Positions 30,745 to 43,779 are shown, numbered from the stretch's first letter. The stretch: 64,000 nucleotides of DNA from Octopus vulgaris (GCA_951406725.2 OX597819.1:100130001-100194000), one strand, 5' to 3'. Program-made: numbers and translations. Notes: generated by a model not told the origin, from the letters alone.

Positions 30745-31443
30745 CACATGCGCAGTTAGTCGGTTGCTTCCTGTTGAGCTAGAGTGGACGTGAGTAACAA
30801 GCTCCTTCCAACTAAAGAAAAAAGACCAAAAACGGAAAGTTGTCGAGGTAAGTGATTTTGTTTATTGTGAGTTGGGCATAATTTATTGCGTGCCAATTAT
30901 TATTTCAGTAGGTTGTGTCCAACTCTGAGACAATTTCGCCTGCGCTAGGCGGCTGCCGTTTTTGTGTTCATTGAAAAAAAAAAAAAAAAAAAAACAGTGG
31001 AGGGGCGTATCCTCAGAATTCAATACAGTTACTGTTAAAATCACCGTTGGCGGTAGCCAGTGCTGTGTTTGGATTTGTTGAATTTATTCCCTTGTCAGAG
31101 TACTTCGCAAGAAAAGTATAAAAATAAGCCACTATTGGATTACCTTTCGGACCTTTTTTGTGGAGGTTGTGTTGCAGTTGCGGTGTTCCAGGTTCAACCC
31201 AGGCCGGGAGTACCGCAAGGCCAGAATATTTTTGCTGTGTTTTTTCTGTTTATTAACTTTCTTTTGAACTTCATTTACCCCCCCCCCCTTTTGTTTTTTC
31301 TTTATTGCGACTTTCCGTTAATTTCTTCCCTTCTGTTGTGCTTTCTCCTTTTTGTTTTTTCAAAAATCTATCAAATTTATTTAGACTTTTGAACTTTTTT
31401 CTTCCTGCTTTTGAGTCTAATTTGAATATATTTTTTAAAAAAC

Positions 31444-32688
31444 ATGGCAATGAAAAATAACAAAGTTTTGGAGTGGGAAATCATACCACCCAAAAAGTGG
31501 TTGAAGGACCGTGAAGATAGGACGGTGGTGTTGAGAACCTACTCCAAGGCACTTGACACCATCGCCCTATTCGAAAAGACGGCAATTGAGGAGGAGTTGG
31601 AGGAGTATTTGCCAACAATTAAATTCATTTCCAGGGGTGTCAAATATGGAACAGTGTGGTTGCTGTTTGACACCCCTGAAGAGGCTTGCAAATTTGCTAG
31701 CGAACCCTTGGAGGGTAAGGAAATCTTATTCCTGCCCACTTACAAAAAAAAGAAATTGATGAAAGCTTGGATCTGCGGACTGCCATCCGACATAGAACCC
31801 GAGTGGATAGAGGAGACTATCCGCCGGGGTCTGGGTGACAGCGAAACTAAGCTCCTCAATGTAAAAGTTCTTCCTGCGGCTGCTTGGGTTGGCTCGAAAG
31901 CAGTTTTGACCCTGTGGACCCAATCAGCCAATCTGGTTTTTCCAGATTTTTTGAAAATGGCCGGGTGCAGGTACCCGGTGATGCTTGAGGGTCGCCCCCC
32001 TAAGTGTCATCGGTGCTTGGAGTCCGGCCACATAAAGAAGAACTGTCCTCGGGAACAAAATAGGATCCCGGAACAGTTAAGTAAAACCCCTCTAGAAGAG
32101 GGAACGATAACGGCCGAGAAAGCAGAGGACTCCTCAAGCAGAGGCCGAAAGAGGAAGGTGAGCAACAATGGGTGCTCACCAAAGGATAATAGGGACGAGG
32201 AGAGGAGGGCGAATCTTCCAGCCACGGAGGAGACGCACCCTCCCTCAGTTGAAAAGGGAAAAAAAAAGAAAAAGAGGAAGAAAAAGGGGACGTTGCCGGC
32301 TGTCAGTGTGGCACCGGAATGTCGCGGAACTACGTCGGTTGGGGTTGTGCCACCGACAAGAGAAGGAATACCGTTGGCGGAAACTGTTCCGCCAACGAAA
32401 GAACTGAATGTATTGGTCCTCTTCTATAGAGGAGGAGAAATTGAAAAAGTGATGGAAGAGCACTACAAGGGAGCACCTTTAGCCTTCACACAGGACCCCG
32501 AATGGCCTCCGCAGGTAGCTGTGGAGGCCGTGGCGTTCGACGTGACGCTAGGGCTAAAGGAGCTCAATGAAGACTATAACTTGGTCCCGGGCGACGCGAA
32601 CTCGGAACTTGACTACGTTCTGAGGGAGGCGTGGTTGATGGTGGAGGGCGCGGGCACAAGCTATTTCGAGGACGATATGTATTATTAG
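31444..32688 (+). CDS. 414 aa Gag-like/ORF1 protein with CCHC zinc knuckle and basic tract
   Basis: Uninterrupted ATG ORF with CHRCLESGHIKKNC, an upstream ICGLP segment like L1/Tx1 ORF1 RRM regions, and KKKKKRKKK. Confidence 0.8.
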   Translation: MAMKNNKVLEWEIIPPKKWLKDREDRTVVLRTYSKALDTIALFEKTAIEEELEEYLPTIKFISRGVKYGTVWLLFDTPEEACKFASEPLEGKEILFLPTYKKKKLMKAWICGLPSDIEPEWIEETIRRGLGDSETKLLNVKVLPAAAWVGSKAVLTLWTQSANLVFPDFLKMAGCRYPVMLEGRPPKCHRCLESGHIKKNCPREQNRIPEQLSKTPLEEGTITAEKAEDSSSRGRKRKVSNNGCSPKDNRDEERRANLPATEETHPPSVEKGKKKKKRKKKGTLPAVSVAPECRGTTSVGVVPPTREGIPLAETVPPTKELNVLVLFYRGGEIEKVMEEHYKGAPLAFTQDPEWPPQVAVEAVAFDVTLGLKELNEDYNLVPGDANSELDYVLREAWLMVEGAGTSYFEDDMYY

Positions 32689-32689
32689 T

Positions 32690-32814
32690 AATGGACTTAA
32701 GTCCAAAAATTGAAAAATTGTAAGAGGATTAATACCTCGTTTTGTATTAATAATGGACTGCTAAGCCCAAAATTGGAAAAATTGTAAGAGGTTTAATACC
32801 TCGTTTTGTGTTAA
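32690..32814 (+). repeat. Two-copy ~62 bp direct repeat right after the ORF stop
   Basis: aatggact..aag(t/c)ccaaaa.ttg.aaaattgtaagagg.ttaatacctcgttttgt.tta occurs twice. Confidence 0.9.
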
Positions 32815-32986
32815 TCTTTTTAAAAAAAGAACAATGTTTTAGAGAAGCAAAAGTCGGCGGGCGCTTTCTGTCTTCTCCCATCCTTATCATCTTTCTTTCA
32901 TTATCATTCACCTCATTAATGTCCTCGTCCAGCCCGCAAAGCTAACTTAATCTGTGTACTGCCTTTATGGCAAATGTTTTGAAATA

Positions 32987-33387
32987 AAGTAGCTTGTTTA
33001 CCAACCACATGGTTCCGGGTTCAGTCGCACTGCGTGGCACCTTGGGCAAGTGTCTTCTACTATAGCCCAGGGCCGACCAATGCCTTGTGAGTGGATTTGG
33101 TAGACAGCAACTGAAAGAAGCCCGTCGTATATATGTATATATATATATGTGTGTGCGTGTATGTTTGTGTGTCTGTGTTTGTCCCCCTAGCATTGCTTGA
33201 CAACCGATGCTGGTGTGTTTACGTCCCCGTTACTTAGCTGTTCGGCAAAAGAAACCGATAGAATAAGTACTGGGCTTACAAAAGAATAAGTCCCGGGATC
33301 GAGTTGCTCGATTAAAGGCGGTGCTCCAGCATGGCCGCAGTCAAATCACTGAAACAAGTAAAAGAGTAAAAAAAGAGTAAAGAGAGT
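32987..33387 (+). mobile_element. SINE family A, 3' piece
   Basis: Colinear with 21368-21752 including the (AAAGAGT)n tail. Confidence 0.9.
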
Positions 33388-33527
33388 AGGATAAACTATC
33401 CATATATTGCAGAAAAATTCGTTACCGGCCATCCATGAGACATATATATATATATGTGTGTGGGGGGGGGCGTGTTAAGTATGTATTATGTATGAATGTA
33501 TGTATGCATTTATGTATATACATACAT

Positions 33528-33562
<35 letters not shown>

Positions 33563-34084
33563 CAGTGTCAGATCATGAGAAATATAGAGGCAAAGATTAG
33601 TAAATGTAAAAATCAGTAACGTTACGAGCAGCATATTTTGCAATATTTAGTTATTTATTTAGAGTAGGCTTATTTCTCTTTTAATTTCATAGGTCATCGC
33701 CATCGAATTCAAGCTTGATTTCTTAGGAAGTGATGCATAAGTAACCTTCATTTCCCTGGCCAAACTACTGAACTGTACAATTCCGTAATATATCTGGACT
33801 TGCGATTACTCTGTAATTCAATTCTTAAACTTAATGTGAAAAATAATTGTTCAAAGTATTTGCATCTGGATTTATTAGGATGTGTGTTTGAACTTCTGCA
33901 ATGTGAATAAGTTAATAAAAAAAACCCGTTTCAAAAGGTGATATTCTTTATGAAGAACAAAGAAAAGAAAGAAAGAAAAAAAAAGGATTATGTTAACTGT
34001 CTCACCAACATTACTTATTCATACATATTTTCTGGAGTTCAGTGTTCTTCAATTTTTGTTTTTCTTAAACCCCAGTAAATATTG

Positions 34085-34272
34085 ATTTCAAAGTTTGGCA
34101 CGGGAACAGCAGTTTCGAAAGAGTGGGCAAGTCGATTTCATCGACCCCAGTACACAAATTATACTTATTTTATCGACCCTAAATGAATGAATGGTAAAGT
34201 CGACTTCGGCGGACGTAACAACTCTAAGCATTTTGCCCGGCGTGCTAACAATTCTACCAGCTCACCACCTTA
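34085..34272 (-). mobile_element. SINE family B, diverged
   Basis: Reverse complement of the family B head and core. Confidence 0.75.
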
Positions 34273-34419
34273 GAAAATATCAAAACAAATTTTTAGAAAT
34301 ATTATTGTAAACCTTCTCTGCTGAGGACTCGAGCACCGCCATTCGAATGAGAGGCGGTGATGATTTTCACTCTACTACAGGCGGTCGATTCAAAGGAAGT
34401 CAAAGGAACTAGAGAAAAT

Positions 34420-35240
34420 CTTTTAACATTAAGGAATATCATGAAGTGAGTTGGAGGATAAACATCAACAATCCTACTCTTAGTAGACTTTGCAAAAGAT
34501 TTTGACTCTGTATTTCGAAATAAAATAGAACAAATTCTTCTTACATACTTCTTGTCATAAGAAATATTCTAAGCAGTAATAATTATCTACGATAATACCA
34601 GGCCTAAAACTTCGATCATTTGATAAAGACATCGATTTCTTTGCCATTATTGCCTGTGTCATTCAAAGTGATACACTCGGTCCATTCCCGTTTATCATCT
34701 ACCTTGAATACATCCTTCGTATTTCATTGACAGAAGTTGAAACATATTCTCTTTGACAAAATCCATTTCAACTCACTACTCAGTCACAGCAATAACATAC
34801 GGATTATGCAGTGATATCGTTCTGGTTGTTGACAACATTTCAGTTTTACTGCCCTACCATGTGAGTTTGAGAAAACGGTTGGAGCTATTAGTATTCATGT
34901 CTACATCACAAAAGCTAAAATACTTCTTGTTCAATCAGGGAGACTCAATAAACGCAATTAAACACACTCTTCTAAGAAATGTCGTACACTTAGGAAGCAA
35001 CATAGCATCTATGTTTCACAAACGTTTGGAAAATTCTTCATATCTGGAAATCACTACTATTAGATGATTTTAAAAGAAGTTTCTTCAATGCTACAGTGAA
35101 ATCAGGGCCATTTTGTTGATCAAAATCTTACCAATCACGTAGTGACACGGCTTGATGGAATGTGTACCTGCATGTTACGGGCCGATCTGAATATCTACAA
35201 GTCCAACTCCCAATCACATTAACACTACAGGCAACAATAT
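34420..35240 (+). mobile_element. Highly decayed RTE-like RT fragment
   Basis: LLVDFAKDFDSV and VIQSDTLGPFPFII motifs in frameshifted segments. Confidence 0.65.
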
Positions 35241-35578
35241 TCAATTCACTGATGTTATGAAAGAGAGAGAGAGACAGACAAACAGACAGGCACATACAAA
35301 CATAGGCGCGCACTTTGTGGGACACTGTTGGAGGGGAAGCCCTTAACACCACACTTTTTCAAGCATCTTGAGAGATATACTCAAGACATGCTTCCCCCAA
35401 ATCTCTACTACTTTGCACAAACAAAGGATGTTACTCCACTGGTATATCAAACGCTATGTAGAATGCAAGTGGTAATTGAGGCAAATCAAAGCAGGGCATA
35501 ATGGAGATGTGCGATAAATTTCGTATGGGATAGAATGTTTGAATTTCACATCAAACTTCTCTCTAGGAAAAAAAAATC

Positions 35579-35617
<39 letters not shown>

Positions 35618-35880
35618 AAGAGCATTACTTTACATAAATTCCTCACACTAGAAGGGATTCTTAATGTCAAAAACTACCATAATAAATACATTGTACCAAA
35701 CGCAAGAGATGGCAACTCTCGAAGCGAGTCTTTTAAAAACAGATTGCAGTTGAATGTGTTTTTAAAAGCTCGCTTTGAGAGTTGCATTCCCTCGCGCTCG
35801 GTACAATGCGTTTATTATGGTAGTTTTTGAATTTAAGAGTCCCTCCTAGCGTGAGGCATTTTTGTATAGTAATGCCCTTA
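35618..35880. mobile_element. Foldback element with ~120 bp imperfect arms and a short loop
   Basis: tcaaaaactaccataataaa.cattgtacc pairs with ggtacaatg.tttattatggtagtttttga, and gcaactctc pairs with gagagttgc. Adjacent to (TA)n. Confidence 0.8.
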
Positions 35881-35995
35881 ATATAAATAAATTATTTAGG
35901 GGAATAATTAATAAATTTTTCTCATGTTAGGTTTTTCACGCTATTTGATAAGTTCTTATAAATATTTTATCCTATTTTAAAATTGTAATTATATG

Positions 35996-36047
<52 letters not shown>

Positions 36048-36544
36048 CTTGTTTATATATGTGCATGTGCACACATGTGTGTATATATATGTATGTATAC
36101 GTGTGTATGTGTGTGTACAAATAGCTTCGTTTAGAATTTTCCCCTCTCTGTCTGTCTCTTCAGTTCGCTCCCTCACGCTTCTCCTTGTCTCTTCATTACT
36201 CTCTTCTATCTTACTCCCCTCTTTCAAATATATAAATTCTCTCTATATTTCTTCCTTCTCTCCCTGTCTCTTCAGTTTCTCTCCCGCTTCTCCTTGTCTC
36301 TCCATTACTCTCTTCTATCTTACTCTCCTCTCTCGGATAATATAAGGACAGACGCTTTCTCTCTCTTCCTTCAGCTCTCAGTCTCTCCTCTTCCTATTCT
36401 CTCTTACTCTCGGCTCCCAATTTCTCCTTAAGTACATAGACGCTCTCTTTCTCTATTTCCTCCCTACCCCCTATTGCACTATTAAATTAATATAAATTAA
36501 TATTATATAATTAGATAGATAGATAGATAGATAAAATATCAAGA

Positions 36545-37435
36545 ATGTCCAGAACCTGGAAACGTGACGAACTGGCGTGGTTCCTGCGAGGATGGCAATG
36601 CGCTGACGGAGAAAATCCAAATAATATAATTACGGCCGCGCTGAAGAACAACGGATACAAAAGGACGTCAGCTCAAATAGAGCGGAAGAAGCAAGAATTT
36701 ATACGCTCCTACGCACTTGTCAGATCGCACATTAACACGCTGGATGCCATTTTTGACAGCGAAAAACGCGAACAAAGTAAAGATGGCAAGGATAGAGACG
36801 CGGGCGCTGATGAGGAGGGTCACCCCCACCTGGTAGACGCCCAGGAAGAAAACTCCTGTGAGAGGCCTGCCCGGAGATGAACCCAGGTGCGGATGCTCCT
36901 ACCAGCACCAAAAGCCATGGACATGGAGATGAAAAAACCAAAAAAGGAAGAAAAACTGAAGCTAAAACTCAGACAAAGCCAAGGGGCAAGGCAGCCAGGG
37001 ATAGAGGCAAACCTAACTATCCATATGCCAAAAAGGATGGAAACAAGCAGCGCACACGGGTATATAAGTTCTACCTGAAAGGTGCCTGCCGGCATGGAGA
37101 GGAAGGTGCAGGCTGCCGCTTTGCACATCCGGGACCCTGCCACAGAAACCAACCACCGAAAGGAAATGGGATGGACCACGCATCACCTGCCCCAAAACGG
37201 AGGTACGCAGATGTGGTGCGTGCCACAAACCACCAACGTGTTGTTGAAAGGGAAGCTGCTGAGCAGGAATCTTTTTTTGTGCATGGCACAAAAGATTGTA
37301 CAGCAACTAACCTGGCTCCATCAGGCTCAGGCTCGCAGATGGAATTGCCCACAGTTCACGAGACAGCCACAGCAGATGGACCCAGGGTGGACACCACCGG
37401 CAACAGCATACACCTCACCTCGATGCTCCTACTGA
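36545..37435 (+). pseudogene. LINE ORF1 (frameshifted): Myb/SANT-like N-terminus plus CCCH-like zinc finger
   Basis: RTWKRDELAWFLRGW..IITAALKNNGYKRTSAQIERK resembles a trihelix/Myb-like domain. YKFYLKGACRHGEEGAGCRFAHP is CCCH-like with the first Cys replaced. Confidence 0.6.
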
Positions 37436-40382
37436 ACATCAGAGGACTACTAACACACAGTAACAGGACAAAAGTCCCGTTCCTGAGAGACTTTGCCGCA
37501 TGCAATCAAGCCTTATGCATAGCACTCACAGAAACGCATCTGAAACCGGACATAGCAGATGCGGAATTACACATACCACAGTATGTTGTACTACGGACCG
37601 ACAGAAAAGAAAGGAGTCATGGAGGAGTTGCTATGTACATCCGTGGGGACCTCACACCCCAGGTCCTTTTGTCATACTCAAACTCGGTGTGTGACACACT
37701 AATTGTACACATAAGGCAACTTGATGTAGTTGTGTGTGCTACATATCGCCCTCCAGATGCCCCAAGTCATATGGGCAAGTTTGAGGACTGCCTTTTAAAA
37801 ATAGAAGAAGTTCTAATCACATTAGAACAACACATAAGTGTACTTCTTATGGGAGATTTCAATCTACCCAATGTCAGATGGCCCGAGGGCCTTCCTCTCT
37901 CAGGAATGACAAGATGTGAACGAGGACAGGCGAGGTCCCTCCTGAACCTCATCAACACCCTATACATGGAGCAAGTAATACTCCAACCAACCAGAGCAGG
38001 TAACACACTGGATCTCTGCTTCACAAATAATATGGATCTCATCCATAATGTGAAAGTGACACCGACACTACTCTCGGATCACAACATGGTAGAGCTGACC
38101 ATGTACGGGCCAAAAGAGAGCACGGACATGCAGCCTACAAGAAACCCTCAGAATCTTTCCAGCTTGAACTTCAATAAGGCAAACTGGAAACAAACTGAGA
38201 AAGAGATCCTCAAACAAAACTGACCTGAATGTCTCTCCTCGCCGGACATCGACATGATACTTCAACAATTCATGTCTGTAATGCAAGCCATATGCTACAA
38301 ATGTGTCCCAGAGAGAAAGGCCTCTGTACACAAGAACAAAATCCCCAGAGAGAGGAAAATTTTAATGAGACGGCGTACAAAAATTTCAAATCGCCTAAAC
38401 AAACAAATTGAAAGCAGTGAAAAGTCCCGCCTGAAAATAAAACTGTTGGAAATTGAAAATTGTCTGCAACTCTCCCATGAGAAGGAAAGAGCAGACAAAG
38501 AAGCCTGGCTATAGACAACATAAAAACTAACCCCAGAGCTTTCTACAGGTATGCCAAAGAAGCAGCTACGGTGCACTGTAGGATAGGGCCACTCCTTGAA
38601 AAGGATGGCACACTCACAGGAAAACCAATGAGGGTAAGTGAAATACTGAATGAACAATTCAAGAGTGTTTTCACTCCACCCCTTGGGCATTTCCAAATCA
38701 GCAATCCAACTGACTTCTTTACCACTGCAGATATAGAATCAGAAGCGGCGACGATAAATTACATCGATATAAAGGAAGACGATGTAATAAAGGCTATAGA
38801 TGAAATGAAAACAGACTCAGCTATTGGCCCCGATGGATTCCCGGCAATCCTCCTAAAAGTATGTAAGAGAGTCCTAGCAAGATCACTGCAGTTCCTCTTT
38901 CAGAGCTTCCTTGCAGCAGGCAAACTTCCAAGAAAACTGAAGGAAGGTAAAATATGCCCTATACATAAAGGAGGTAGCAGAGCGGAGGCCAAGAACTACA
39001 GACCTATCTCTCTGACCTCACACATCAGCAAGGTCATGGAACGAATAGTCAGAAGGAAACTAATCACCTTCCTTGAAGAAAATGACTTGCTGCCTGACAC
39101 CCAACATGGTTTCCGACCAGGAAGAAGCTGCTTAACTCAGCTCCTGCAGCACTATGACTGGGTGCTGAAACAACTGCTCAACCACTCAAATGTGGAAGTC
39201 ATTTATCTCGACTTCGCAAAGGCCTTCGATAAAGTCGATCATGGAATGATATGTCACAAGCTGCGTGATCTTGGCATAGTTGGAAAACTAGGAGAATGGC
39301 TTCATGACTTTCTGAAGAATAGAAGTCAGGTGGTAGCAGCCAATGAGGCCACTTCCATTAGCACGCAAATAGTGAGCGGTGTTCCGCAGGGCACTGTTTT
39401 GGGACCACTACTGTTCATAATGGCCCTCTCAGACATGCCCTCAGCCACGCAGAGAGCCACGATCACAAGTTATGCAGATGATACAAAAGTTTCACAGGCA
39501 ATACAGAACCCTGAAGACACTAAGCACCTGCAATGTGAGCTGGACGAAATATACAAGTGGGCTGAAAAGAATAGCATGCAGTTCAATGCTGAAAAGTTTC
39601 AAGCTTTATACTATCAGCATGCAAAACTGAATGCAATACCCAATGAATACACTGGACCCGGAGGGATTGCAATCCCAGAGGCACAATCAGTGCGTGACCT
39701 GGGTATTCACATGAGTGATGACGCGACCTTTCATGTACATGTTGCTAAACTGACAATGAAATGTAGACGGCTGGCTGGATGGATTCTTAGAACCGTTAGA
39801 ACAAGAGAACAAGAAACCATGATGGTCTTCTGGAAGACACTTGTCCTAAGCCACTTTGACTATTGCTCTCAGCTATGGTCACCATCCAGTGTCAAGTTGA
39901 TCACAGAAATTGAGGCGATCCAACGAAGCTACACGAAGAAGATAGCCTCTGTGAAGCATATGAGCTACTGGGAGAGACTCAAGAGATTAAAGCTCTATTC
40001 CCTGGAGCGTAGGCGAGAAAGATATGCCATAATATATATCTGGAAGATCCTGGAAGGTCTTGTCCCAGACTTTGGCATCGAGAGTCACACAAATGCCAGA
40101 ACCGGACGCCACTGCGTAGTACCAAGGACTCCAAATTTGCCATCAAGATGTAGGACAATATATTGTGATAGCCTGGGCTTCAGAGGCCCACGGCTCTTCA
40201 ATATCCTCCCGAAGAACCTGAGGGACCTGCATGGTGTAGATGCGGATGTCTTTAAAGTAAGACTGGATCTCTTCCTGTCAGGTGTCCCGGATGAACCAAC
40301 TTCACGGCAGGAGGTGCAGATGAGGGCAGCTGCATCGAACTCTCTCATGCATCAGATGGCGTTTGCTAAAAAGCATCCGTGA
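37339..40382 (+). pseudogene. LINE ORF2 (endonuclease and reverse transcriptase), one stop and one frameshift
   Basis: Pieces 36877-38223, 38254-38514 and 38571-40382 join into a canonical ORF2. Confidence 0.9.
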
Positions 40383-41011
40383 GGTAAAACCGTGTAGCAA
40401 ACCAAATGGCGGTGCCCCAGCATGGCCACAGCTCATTAGCTGAAACTGGAAAAATCAAAATCAAAATCATATGATATGTACTTTCCCATTACATATCTTT
40501 CTAAACAATGGCATTTTTGGAAATTTGAGTTGAAATAATGTTCCGGTAGGCCATTCCTTCATGATTCACTGCTTCTCAAGCAAGCAGACTGACAGGAATT
40601 ATCTATACAGGTGCACTTTATAATTCTTCTGGCTCATCCATTTTTCAGGTAGTTGCTCATCTTTCTTTCTTTCTCCATTTTCACCAATGATGTCTATACG
40701 CTATACAGATTACAGCAGCTCGGTCATGCGATGCAGTGATATAAATTGTTTATACTTTTAGCTTGTATTGTATGTCTCAAGGTGCAATATTAGTTTGAAT
40801 TAACATCCTTTCGTTGGGAAAACTATTAACTTGTGCTCATATGAAATAAAGCATGCCGAATATACTGTGAGACACAAGGGGACATTGTTTATTTGAATTA
40901 AATCAAACGAATCCCCCTGTGATGATTGCATTTCCAAACATTTCTTTTAATCTCTGATATTAAAACTTCTTCCGATAAACTGTAGTTATATGACGTAAGG
41001 TAATATGAATT

Positions 41012-41195
41012 TCAAATTTTTGCACAAGGGCAACAAGTTCGGAGGAGAGAATGAATCGATTCTTCCGACACCAGTACTCAAATGATACTTATTTTACCGA
41101 CCGCGAGGATAAAATGCAAAGTCGACCACGGTGGAATTTGAACTCAGAACATAAAGACAAATGAATAATCGCTAACCATTTTGCGATAGATTGAC
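41012..41195 (-). mobile_element. SINE family B, diverged
   Basis: gcaaagtcgaccacggtggaatttgaactcagaac core. Confidence 0.75.
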
Positions 41196-41559
41196 TAGGA
41201 GGCAGGCAGATAGATAAATGTATGTGTGTATGTATGTGTGTATGTATGTATATATGTATGTATGTATGTATGTATATCATTATTCAGTTTTATTTCAAGA
41301 TTTCTTGCCAATAGAGAAGGAGCCGTTTTCTAACCTAGATCCAAAGCAATTTCCTTGGAATTTCAACATTAACAACAGATTATTTTTGTTTGTTTGTATG
41401 TATGTATTATGAATGTATGTATGTATGAACGTATGTATGTATGTATGTGTGTATATGTGTATATGTATGTATGTGTAAAGATTTGTATATTTCATTTTAT
41501 GTATGTATTCTCATGCATATAGTTGCATAGGTAGATATGCTCATATATATTTAAATGAT

Positions 41560-41935
41560 AAAATTCTGGAAAGATTTCCAGATTTTTAGAGTTCCAGTGA
41601 TGGATTAAATCTGTAGTCATCGAATTAGCTTTCTCCTTTCTGGTTTTGAGAAGTCTAATTTCTCAAGATTGGTTTTTAGGCAATGGGTCACATCCTAGGG
41701 CCTCAATTATTATAGGTATAAACCTGAACTTATAATCTGGATAGAGTAACTGCAGATTTCTCAAAAGTTCAGGGTAGGTATTCTCTTTTCTACTGATCTT
41801 CAGCTTTATATTAAAATTCGCTGGGCGGCTAATTACCACAAATGTCCACAGTTTCTCTTCTCTATCCCAAATCATTATATCAGATCTGTTGTACTTACAT
41901 TTTATCGAGGCCTTCAGTAGAACATTCTACCAGTA
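41560..41935 (-). mobile_element. R4/Dong-like RLE LINE 3' fragment
   Basis: DIMIWDREEK..KENTYPELLRNLQLLYPDYKFRFIPIIIEALG, homologous to 23430-23550. Confidence 0.8.
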
Positions 41936-42015
41936 CTCCTTTTTATTATGAACACTAACATACTGTGGGTTCTTATTTCTTTGACCCCGGGTTTATCCTT
42001 CCGACGGATTTCACT

Positions 42016-42118
42016 ATGTATGTATGTATGTATGTATGTATGTATGTATGTATGTATGTATGTATGTATGTATGTATGTATGTATGTATGTATGTATGTA
42101 TGTATGTATGTATGTATG
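42016..42118. repeat. (TATG)n microsatellite
   Basis: Seen directly. Confidence 0.95.
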
Positions 42119-42638
42119 CGTGTGTGTATGTGATTGTATGTATGTATGTAACACACACACAAATGCATATTTCAGTACGTGTTTTGGGAAATCGATAGGC
42201 TATTAGATCTCCTTCATTCCTGTTCCACACTTTCTTCAGGAATTCTTCCTTAACATGTTGATAAACATACATAAGACATAAAAATTAACAATCTATAATC
42301 AGCAGATAAAAAAAAAAATTCAAAAAGCTTAATGGTTGGTTTTGTGATATCAATATCCAGTAAGTTATCACTTGATAAGTATCTATGTGATAAATCACTT
42401 TAAAGATATTTCCAGTAAATATCAGTGTTTGAATTTCTCTTTATAGAATACATAGTTTGTTATATTTCATTAATGTGTTTATACATATATTATATCTTCA
42501 CACAACATAGTAATCGGAATGCCTGATAAATATCAATATACACTTTTACCAGATTAGAGATACATAAATTTATTCCTGTTTCTGCGTAAAAGTATATCTA
42601 TGCAACCAAAAGTAAATACACACATACATACATACATG

Positions 42639-42670
<32 letters not shown>

Positions 42671-43779
42671 CATACATACATACATACATACATACATACA
42701 TACATACATACATACATGCATACATACATATAAGTATGCAGCCACTGAGACGAACGTACGCACTTACGTACGTAGATACACATACATACATATGTATGTA
42801 TATGTAGGTTTATATGCGTGTATAGTTGTTTGAATGTTTGAATTTTTGTATGTATGCATGAATGTATTTTGTTGATATGTGTGTATGCGGGTTTGTGCGT
42901 GTATATATATATCTTATATACACTTACATACACGCATGCATATCAAACAATGTTTACGAAAACACTCTAAGTAATATTAATGGATACACAACAAACCCCT
43001 ACACTTTCCTTACAAGGCTTACACGCAAACAAAAACAATATTATTACTCAGCGTGTGTTTAGTTACACTAATGTAAACACAAATACACACCTACACACGC
43101 ATTTTATGTGTAAGCCTGTGTATGGGTCTCTCTAAGTATTCGTATGTGTGTGTGTGTGTGTGTGTGTGGTGGAACGTGTAACCTTCCCACCATCTTGATT
43201 AGATTTCACTATGCACACTTAGACACTTAGATGTGGCAGGCCAACGTTACATATATTGAGGAAGGAAGATAAGACGAAAGCTTATCTCCCTGATCTTTCA
43301 TCGATGGATGTCAAAATATTTGTGCTGGATATAGGAGGGTGCTATTAAAACCTTGATATTCCCCTCACACATTTGGGATCAGATGAAAGTTTAGCTACGA
43401 ACGTAGGTGTTGAACTATATTCCTAAGTCTAGTTAAATGTTGAATTACGCATTCGATAATATATACTAGCTTTCGTCACGGCAAATTAATGTTAGCCACA
43501 CATTCCGTGTTAGCGTCGCCAAATAGTTGACGATAATTCGTTCCAATTCTAAGGCTCAAAAAAAAAATAAGAGTAAACTAAATTTTTTAAAGTCCAGTTT
43601 ACTTATTTGAAGTTCCTTTATTTTAGGCAACAGAGAAAATGCTGGAGTGTCGCATTCAGTGATGTATATCTATTATAATATGTTTTTTAAATGTTGCTGC
43701 TGTTAATTACACGATGTTAAAAATAATTCAGTAGATTTGTGTATTATATCGTTAAAAAATAATTTTAAAAACTGCCTTT

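Larger units (their letters stand above)
30745..32986 (+). mobile_element. Non-autonomous ORF1-only retroelement (Tx1/L1-like) with ~17 bp target-site duplication
   Basis: Bounded by aagtagcttgctaacca (30728-30744) and aagtagcttgtttacca (32987-33003). One long ORF, ends in gaaataaa, and no RT or endonuclease. Confidence 0.75.
36545..40469 (+). mobile_element. Near full-length APE-RT LINE (CR1/L2/Jockey-group-like) with few disruptions and an (AAAATC)n tail
   Basis: ORF1 pieces 36545-37435. APE motifs LLNIRGL, ALTETHL, YRPP, GDFN, LDLCF, SDH. RT motifs NYRPISLT, QHGFR, DFAKAFD, GVPQG, YADD. In-frame TGA at 38221 and a frameshift near 38510. Confidence 0.93.

Noticed and set aside
32690-32814. 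Direct repeat as a possible CRISPR array or LTR
   Set aside because: Only two adjacent copies, no spacers, eukaryotic context, and not at both ends of the element.
38221-38223. In-frame TGA in LINE ORF2 as a possible selenocysteine or readthrough codon
   Set aside because: It falls where a Trp is expected (TGG>TGA) and the copy has other frameshifts, so simple decay explains it.
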